This document shows positions 49,906 to 64,000 of a stretch of 64,000 bases of DNA, in pieces (position 1 is the stretch's first letter; each line of letters begins with the position of its first letter). Source of the stretch: Macrostomum lignano (taxonomy: Eukaryota); contig NIVC01001260.1 in NCBI GenBank assembly GCA_002269645.1, forward strand, positions 39,487 through 103,486, in the 5' to 3' direction. Made by a program: the position numbers and the translations under genes. Below the pieces are notes generated by a model. The model was not told the DNA's origin, made no database searches, and saw only the letters and a program-made list of their open reading frames with translations.

Positions 49906-50481
49906 GAACAACGTCTGAAAGCACTTGTTCAGATTCGTTACCATGACAGCAACACATTTTAACAGTACGGTTTCTGACATATTTTTGGCACATAGATGTG
50001 TTTGAGAATGAGTTTATGACACCCCTCTGACACACACACACTGAGTCAGTTTATGACACCCCTCGGACACACACTGAGTCAGTTTATGACACCCCTCGGA
50101 CACACACCCCTCTCTGACACCCCTCTTCTCGGCTTCAGCGCCTCCGCAACCCGCGCTACATCATATACTCGAAGTAGTAAGACTCTTGAGTCAACTGGGA
50201 CTGCAGCTTCATCCACTTTAATCTGGCTGTTTCTGCGGACGGCTACCGAACTTAGCTCTTAATCTTCCTTCGTGCATAGCTAAGCTAATCTAGGAAGTTT
50301 AGTTCGTCCATAGCGAGTCTCATGCATGCCGCATATGCAAAATGAGCAAATACAGGCTACTCAAATACTTGATTTGCGGAGAGCACGCAGTGGAACGTGT
50401 TGTGGCCCGCTTAAGTTCTCTCTTACTCTTCTTTTTTAACAATTTGTTTCCCACACCGTTTTAGAGACAGTTAAAAAATAC

Positions 50482-51141
50482 TGACTGACTGACTGACTGA
50501 CTGACTGACTGACTGACTGACTGACTGACTGACTGACTGACTGACTGACTGACTGACTGACTGACTGACTGACTGACTGACTTGAGTGAGTGGGTGACTG
50601 ACTGACTGACTGACTGACTGACTGACTGACTGACTGACTGACTGACTTGAGTGAGTGGGTGACTGACTGACTGACTGACTGACTGACTGACTGACTGACT
50701 GACTGACTGACTGACTGACTGACTGACTGACTGACTGACTGACTGACTGACTGACTGACTGACTGACTGACTGACTGACTGACTGACTGACTGACTGGCT
50801 GACTGACTGACTGACTGACTGACTGACTGACTGACTGACTGACTGACTGACTGACTGACTGACTGACTGACTGACTGACTGACTGACTGACTGACTGACT
50901 GACTTGAGTGAGTGGGTGACTGACTGACTGACTGACTGACTGACTGACTGACTGACTGACTTGAGTGAGTGGGTGACTGACTGACTGACTGACTTGAGTG
51001 AGTGGGTGACTGACTGACTGACTGACTGACTGACTGACTGACTGACTGACTGACTGACTTGAGTGAGTGGGTGACTGACTGACTGACTGACTGACTGACT
51101 GACTGACTGACTGACTGACTTGAGTGAGTGGGTGACTGACT

Positions 51142-51184
<43 letters not shown>

Positions 51185-51352
51185 TTGAGTGAGTGGGTGA
51201 CTGACTGACTGACTGACTGACTGACTGACTTGAGTGAGTGGGTGACTGACTGACTGACTGACTGACTGACTGACTGACTGACTGACTGACTGACTGACTG
51301 ACTGACTGACTGACTGACTGACTGACTTGAGTGAGTGGGTGACTGACTGACT

Positions 51353-51395
<43 letters not shown>

Positions 51396-52276
51396 TTGAG
51401 TGAGTGGGTGACTGACTGACTGACTGACTGACTGACTGACTTGAGTGAGTGGGTGACTGACTGACTGACTGACTGACTGACTGACTGACTGACTGACTGA
51501 CTGACTGACTGACTGACTGACTGACTGACTGACTGACTGACTGACTGACTGACTGACTGACTTGAGTGAGTGGGTGACTGACTGACTGACTGACTGACTG
51601 ACTGACTGACTGACTGACTGACTGACTGACTGACTGACTGACTGACTGACTGACTGACTGACTGACTGACTGACTGACTGACTGACTGACTTGAGTGAGT
51701 GGGTGACTGACTGACTGACTGACTGACTGACTGACTGACTGACTGACTGACTGACTGACTGACTGACTGACTTGAGTGAGTGGGTGACTGACTGACTGAC
51801 TGACTGACTGACTGACTGACTGACTGACTGACTTGAGTGAGTGGGTGACTGACTGACTGACTGACTGACTGACTGACTGACTGACTGACTGACTGACTGA
51901 CTGACTGACTGACTGACTGACTGACTGACTGACTGACTGACTGACTGACTGACTGACTGACTGACTGACTGACTGACTGACTGACTTGAGTGAGTGGGTG
52001 ACTGACTGACTGACTGACTGACTGACTGACTGACTGACTGACTGACTGACTTGAGTGAGTGGGTGACTGACTGACTGACTGACTGACTGACTGACTGACT
52101 GACTGACTGACTGACTGACTGACTGACTTGAGTGAGTGGGTGACTGACTGACTGACTGACTGACTGACTGACTGACTGACTGACTTGAGTGAGTGGGTGA
52201 CTGACTGACTGACTGACTTGAGTGAGTGGGTGACTGACTGACTGACTGACTGACTGACTGACTGACTGACTGACTG
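50482..52276. repeat. (GACT)n microsatellite punctuated by ~20 TGAGTGAGTGGG modules
   Basis: Direct. Confidence 0.97.
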
Positions 52277-52684
52277 CCTGCCTGGCACCCAATCCGGGAT
52301 GCATGGAGGTCGGGTGTGGCTGGCAGCAAATCATTGGTCCGTGAGCAATCCGATGCTTTAGTTGATTTAGGCAGCCGTGTGAAGAGCTGGAAAACCGCGG
52401 TTTTTTGGCCAGAATCCAACGCTTATAGCGACCTGCTCTTATCGAAGACAAACTAATCAAAGGCCGTCCTCTGGTCCTGTTACCGCAGGTCCTGTTAGGT
52501 CTGGCGACAGTCTCCTATTGCTATACTTGATTAGGTTTTAGCAATTCCCATCTCCTGTGGGATTAGAATTTTCTATTCTTTGGAACAGCCCTGTCAATCA
52601 GCGAGATTGACTTTAGCTGGCAGCGCTGCTGAGGCCTTGAAGCATAAACTATTTTTTTACCTGGCAAGTGTCTTTTGCACTGTT

Positions 52685-53487
52685 TTAATCTAATCTCAGC
52701 TTGAATCCCATCGTGATATGTAATCTAGTTTGAATCTCATCGTGGAGTTTGAATCTCATAGTGCTATCTAATCTCAGCTTAAATCTCATCGTGATATCTA
52801 ATTTAAACTTGAATATCATCATGATATCTAATCTCAGCTTAAATCTCATCGTGATATCTAATCTCAGCTTGAATCCCATCGTGATATGTAATCTAGTTTG
52901 AATCTCATAGTGGTATCTAATCTCAGCTTGAAACCTATATCTAATCTCAGCTTGAGTCTCATCGTGATATCTAATCTGAGCTTGAATCTCATCGTGATAT
53001 CTAATCTGAGCTTGAATCTCATCGTGATATCTAGTCTAGTTTGAATCTCATCGTGATATCTAATCTCAGCTTGAATCTCATTGTGATATCTAATCTAGTT
53101 TAAATCTCATTGTGATATCTAATCTGAGCTTGAATCTCATCGTGATATCTAATCTGAGCTTGAATCTCATCGTGATATCTAATCTAGTTTAAATCTCATT
53201 GTGATATCTAGTCTAGTTTGAATCTCGTCGGGATATCTAATCTCAGCTTGAATCTCATCGTGATATCTAATCTCAGTTTGAATCTTATCGTGATATCTAA
53301 TCTGAGCTTGAATCTCATCGTGATATCTAATCTAGTTTAAATCTCATTGTGATATCTAGTCTAGTTTGAATCTCGTCGGGATATCTAATCTCAGCTTGAA
53401 TCTCATCGTGATATCTAATCTCAGTTTGAATCTTATCGTGATATCTAATCTGAGCTTGAATCTCATCGTGATATCTAATCTCAGCTG
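52685..53487. repeat. 30-bp minisatellite (TGATATCTAATCTCAGCTTGAATCTCATCG)n
   Basis: Direct. Confidence 0.95.
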
Positions 53488-53616
53488 TAGTCTTCACGCC
53501 TTTTACTCCTATTCAGAGTGCCATTATGCTCTAATTCGATTTAATTACTCTGGATCCCATCTCAGTCTGAATGAGAGTCACTTCAACCCGTTGCCCAGGG
53601 GTCAACTGAGGACAGC

Positions 53617-59160
<5,544 letters not shown>

Positions 59161-59234
59161 TTGGCAGGATTGCCAGATTGAAGGGGATCCCAAATACTGA
59201 AATCAAAATGATTAACGAGAATCTTGAAATGAAA

Positions 59235-59850
59235 AAATGGGGAATCCAAATGAATGTGGAGTATCCAAATGACTGAGGGGAATCCCAATGAATGTGAAGC
59301 ATCCAAATGACTGAGGGGAATCCCAATGAATGTGGAGCATCCAAATGACTGAGGGGAATCCCAATGAATGTGGAGCATCCAAATGACTGAGGGGAATCCC
59401 AATGAATGTGGAGCATCCAAATGACTGAGGGGAATCTCAATGATTGAAGGGAATGACAATGACTGTGAGGAATCCCAACTTTTGAGAGGTATCCAGCTGA
59501 CTGAGGGGAATCTTAATTATTGAAGTTAATCTTAATGACTGACGTGAATCCTAATGACTGTGGGAATCCTAATGACTGGGGAATCCCAATGATTGAAGCT
59601 AATCCTAATGACTGAGGGGAATCCTATTGACTGAGGGGAATCTAGATGACTGAGGGGAATCTGAATGACTAAGGGGAATCCCAATGATTGAGGGAAATCC
59701 TAATGACTGCGGGGAATCCTAATGACTGAGGGGAATCGATATGACTGAGGGGAATCCCAATGAATGTGGAGAATCCAAATGACTAAGGGGAATCCCAATG
59801 ACTAAGGGGAATTCTAATGACAAGTGAATCCTAATGACTGAGGGGAATCC
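59235..59850. repeat. 19/38-bp minisatellite with AATGACTGAGGGGAATCCC core, downstream of KCNIP
   Basis: Direct. Confidence 0.9.
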
Positions 59851-60549
59851 CAAAAAATGGAGGAACGCCGATGACTGAAACGAGTTATAACAATGGGGAA
59901 CCTGGTTAAATTCTTGTAACTGTACGAAGAATCGTAACATGTGGGAACCCCGATGGCTAAGGAAATTCTAAAATGAGGGGGAATCGAGAGTTTTCTCTCT
60001 CACAGAAATCCACGATAATTTTAGGTTGAGTTTCCCTTGAAGAGATTGCATATTTTTTCAGCCGACAAAGCTTGCATATTTTGTTTTTCGGTTTTGTATT
60101 TTCGTGACGTTCAATATAATTTCAATTAGTAGTTTTTTATTAGAATACTGTGTTGTTGATTTGCAACTGAAGACAGCATATACAGCACATTCTGGGACAG
60201 AATAGTTTTTCTATGCTTTACAGAGTCAAGCAAAACAATTAATTTTTATTTCTTATCTTCTTGCCGTTGCCGTGCATTTTGTCATTTTGACGAAATAGCA
60301 AAATGCCCACAACATACTACTAATATAACAAAGCGTGACAGTAGAGCAGAAAAGCAATTAAAAATATAAAAATTGTTGACTAATTTTTACAGCAATTTTA
60401 ACAAATTTTATAATGAATTCGAAATCAAAAAAAAAATATTCTCGCGGTTCTCGCAAATAAAGAATAAACCGAAAAATGGTAATAAAAGTTTGTGCAAATA
60501 TTTAAAATAGAAAAGAAACAATCTTTACTGCTGTAGCCAACCCTCTCTC

Positions 60550-61180
60550 TGATCTATCTGTCCGAGACACCAGCTATCTAACTGTCCGAGACACCAGCTA
60601 TCTAACTGTCCGAGACATCAGCTATCTAACTGTCCGAGACACCAACCCCAGTCTAATCTATCTGTCCGAGACACCAACCCCAGTCTGATCTATCTGTCCG
60701 AGACACCAACCTCCCTCTAATCTATCTGTCCGAGACACCAACCCCAGTCTGATCTATCTGTCCGAGACACCAACCTCAGTCTGATCTATCTGTCCGAGAC
60801 AGCAACCCCCCTCTAATCTATCTGTCCGAGACACCAACCCCAGTCTGATATATCTGTCCGAGACACCAACCCCAGTCTGATCCATCTGTCCGAGACACCA
60901 ACTCCAGTCTGATCCATCTGTCCGAGACACCAACCCCAGTCTGATCCATCTGTCCGAGACACCAACCCCAGTCTGATCCATCTGTCCGAGACACCAAACC
61001 CAGTCTGATCTATCTGTCAGAGACACAAATCCCAGTCTGATCTATCTGTCAGAGACACAAATCGAGTCTGATCCATCTTTCCGAGACAGCAACCCCAGAC
61101 TGATTCCTTCTGTCCGAGACACCAACCCCAGTCTGATCCATCTGTCCGAGACACCAACCCCAGTCTGATCTATCTGTCTG
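60550..61180. repeat. 32-bp minisatellite (TCTATCTGTCCGAGACACCAACCCCAGTCTGA)n
   Basis: Direct. Confidence 0.93.
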
Positions 61181-61216
61181 AGAAAGCTTTTCAACCCGAG
61201 ACGCCCTCAAATCTTC

Positions 61217-62881
61217 TCACACAGCCTCCCGAACGCCTTGAGCATCATCGGGCAGCTTCATCACAACCTCCCTACTCTTGGCAGTCTTCCCGCTCCCAGA
61301 TCCGGTGCCAATGAGCCTTCCCAGCCTGTCGCCCTCGTCCATGGTGGCCGGCAGATCCACCATGCCCCCCGTCTCCGGCAGCAGGTAGACAACGAGCAGA
61401 GTAGCCATAGCAACGCTGCCAAACACGGCAAACGGAGCCGGCGGCCAATAAGAGTCCAGCATAGCAACCAGAGTGCTGAGCAAGGCGCCAACTCGAGCCA
61501 GAGTGGAGCCGCTGCCGGCGCCCAGCGCTCTCACCGGGGTCGCGAATGCCTCGTTGGCGTACAGCCACACGGTGGTGAAGGCCAGGCAGCTCCAGAAGGT
61601 GCCGAAGATGGCGCAGGCGGTGCGCACCGCGGCGAGGCCCGGCTGCTGGATGATGAGGCTGCACGCGATGATGGCGGCGCCGATGCAGGCAAAGCAGACG
61701 CCGAGCACCGGCCTGCGGCCGAAGCGGGTGCACAGGAAGCCGCCCAGGAACCGGGAGGGCGGCTCGACCAGCGCCATGAGGATGCAGCTGAGCACCACGC
61801 TGCCGCCTAGGCTGCCGATGCTCAGGCCGACTCCGTAGTAGCACATGGCGATGGAGAAGAACTGCGCCCAGTTGAGCAGGGTGAGGCGCCTGAGTCCTGG
61901 CCTACGGAATAGCTGAGAAATGCCGGTGGACTCGGCGGTAGCTGCCGTCTTTGGCGGCGTCAGACCCTGCAGCAGCTCGACGTTCGGCGCGCTGCGTCGA
62001 TTCAAACCGGCAATCCGAATCAGCGCCCGGCCGGCCTGGCGGTGCCGGTCGGTGGCCAGCAGCCAGCGAGGCGACTCGCCCAGAAACGGAGACAGGATAG
62101 CGCCAAGCAGGCCGATGCAGCCGGCGGCGGCGAGCTGGTGTCGATAGTCCGCATGAACCAGGCGGCCAGGCCGATCGTGAGGATCCCCATGCACCAGCCG
62201 TGCGACCCGTTGAACAGCAGCTGAGATCGAAGGCGCCTCGGCGTCAGCTCGACTAGCAGCGCGCAGGACACGGTGATGACCCCGGCGGTGCCCGCGCCGG
62301 CCAGCACCTCGGCAGCCAGCAGGAGCGGGAAGGTCGGCACGACGGCCAACACGAAGGCGAACAGGCTGAGGTGCAGGGTGGCAATCAGCAGGGCCAGCCG
62401 ACGGCCGATCTTGTCGCTGAACAGGCCGTAGCTCGTGCTGCCGATCAGGAAGCCGACAAAGTACAGCGTGGCGGGCAGGCGAGACAGGGGAGCCCGGTCG
62501 CAGACCAGCATGAACCGAGTCACCACCGTGACAGCCAGGTGAGTAGAGTCAAAGCTCCAAGCGGTGCAGGCGAACTGACCCAGCAGATTCGAAGCGGTAC
62601 AGTTGCTAAGCGTCAGGCTGCATTGGTCTTCGCTGACTGTTAAGTCGCAATCGTTACTGTTGCCATGGAGATTCGAAGGTGAGGCCAGGCCAGCCAGTGT
62701 GGCGTTGACGTCGCACAGAAACTTGGGCGTGTACAGAAACAGCGCGTGGCCGAGGGACACCGCGCCCGGCAGATGTTGTTAATGAAGCCGATAACGAGAA
62801 GTAGGCAGGTGAACCGGCCAGGACCGCAGACTTTGTCGAGTAGATCTTCGAGTTGCAACTTGTGGTTGCTGGTGTCGGAGT
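61217..62881 (-). CDS. SLC22/organic cation transporter-like MFS protein; main exon carries two single-base frameshifts (~62762, ~62148), either sequence error or a young pseudogene; first exon uncertain
   Basis: TVVTRFMLVCDR, LFSDKIGRR, VELTPRRLRS, GESPRWL, RFGRR, NEAFATPVR, LLPETGG. Acceptor TAATTACCGCAG ends at 62882. Confidence 0.88.
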
Positions 62882-62999
62882 CTGCGGTAATTACAGGTGA
62901 TGAAAGTTAGTTTAATTGCTTCTGGCTTTAACTCTTTCTATGAGGGTTGTACATGTAAGTGCCTCTATAATGATGTCAGTGAATTATTTTTATTGAGTT

Positions 63000-63560
63000 G
63001 TTAGCCTTCATAGGGCAGTCAGTGTCTTCACAGGGTTGTCAGTGTCTTTATTGAGTTGTCAGTGTCTTCACAGGGTTGTCAGTGTCTTCACTGGGTTGTC
63101 AGTGTCTTCACAGGGTTGTCAGTGTCTTCACAGGGTTGTCAGTGTCTCTATAGAACTGTCAGTGTCTTTATAGAGTTTTCAGTGTCCTCATAGGGTTGTC
63201 AGTGTTTTTACAGGGTTCTCTGTATCTTCGCAGGGTTGTCAGTGTCTTCATAGGGTTGTCAGTGTCTTCATAGGGTTGTCAGTGTCTTCACAGGGTTGTC
63301 AGTGTCTTTATTGAGTTGTCAGTGTCTTCATAGGGTTGTCAGTGTCTTCATAGGGTTGTCAGTGTCTTCATAGGGCTGTCAGTGTCTTCATAGGGTTGTC
63401 AGTGTCTTCACAGGGTTGTCAGTGTCTTTATTGAGTTGTCAGTGTCTTCATAGGGTTGTCAGTGTCTTTATTGAGTTGTCAGTGTCTTCATAGGGTTGTC
63501 AGTGTCTTCATAGGGTTGTCAGTGTCTTCACAGGGTCTTCATGGGGCGTCAGTGTCTAAT
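63000..63560. repeat. 20-bp minisatellite (GTCAGTGTCTTCATAGGGTT)n
   Basis: Direct. Confidence 0.95.
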
Positions 63561-64000
63561 ACTTATTCATTGAATAAGTTTATTATACATTCATGGGTAT
63601 AAAGATTAAAATTCTGTTCAAACCTTCATAAGAATCAGGTTGAGGCACCGAAACTAAAAATAGTATTTACCAAATCACTGTTCACCTTCTTCCTTCGAAT
63701 CCTTGGCAACGAATTGGCATCCTGACTAGATCCAGTCTCTTCCGTTTTCTTTGCCTCTTCTTCTAAAAGCAATTTTTTGTTGACGGTGACTCCGCTGGGT
63801 CCTCGTTTGGCTGCACCATGCTGCTCGGTAAAGATAATCAGGGGGGGGGTCTAAAATGCTCACGCTCTCAGGAGATCGAATTTTGGTAGTAGAATAGAAA
63901 GTTAACCGTGCTAAATCCGCTTATATACACAAGTGGCCTTTCGAGGGCAGCTCAGTGCGCAGTTTTGCTCAGTTTTTATCGAATGTCACTATGTTGAGTC

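Noticed and set aside
63650-63830. Candidate first exon of the SLC22 gene (MPIRCQGFEGE, phase 1)
   Set aside because: Phase fits but the donor (GTGAAC) is weak and other frames are equally plausible; not included in the model.

Overview
Eukaryotic (animal) genomic DNA, not prokaryotic. It has GT-AG spliced genes whose introns are packed with micro- and minisatellites, and GC-rich exons in AT-rich spacers. This architecture suggests a free-living flatworm such as Macrostomum (inference only). Most long ORFs in the supplied track are artefacts of tandem repeats. Genes I could reconstruct by hand with phase-consistent splice sites: FAU (FUBI-RPS30), PSMA4, D2HGDH, an acid lipase, a KChIP/calsenilin-type calcium sensor and an SLC22 transporter (two 1-nt frameshifts). 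There are also four fibrinogen-related domain (FReD) paralogues, two intact and two with nonsense codons. Four orphans complete the set: a Cys-rich tail protein, a coiled-coil protein with a Gly-X-Y insert, a disordered protein, and a repeat-rich protein with a KH-like domain lacking GxxG. Mobile DNA: a 5'-truncated RT-RNaseH LINE, an RTE fragment with TSD, a tRNA-derived SINE with TSD, and several foldback/MITE-like elements. Three observations stand out. (1) The FReD paralogues share a near-identical ~800-bp core, introns included, but have strongly diverged, mosaic ligand-binding ends; two of them sit head-to-head in an invertible geometry. (2) Several minisatellites are built from AG|GTA splice-junction units, one with a branch-point-like CTAAC. 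(3) The LINE sits exactly at the junction of a 2.4-3.1 kb duplication, like a giant target-site duplication that copied a FReD gene. All coordinates and counts were made by eye, and repeat boundaries are approximate.
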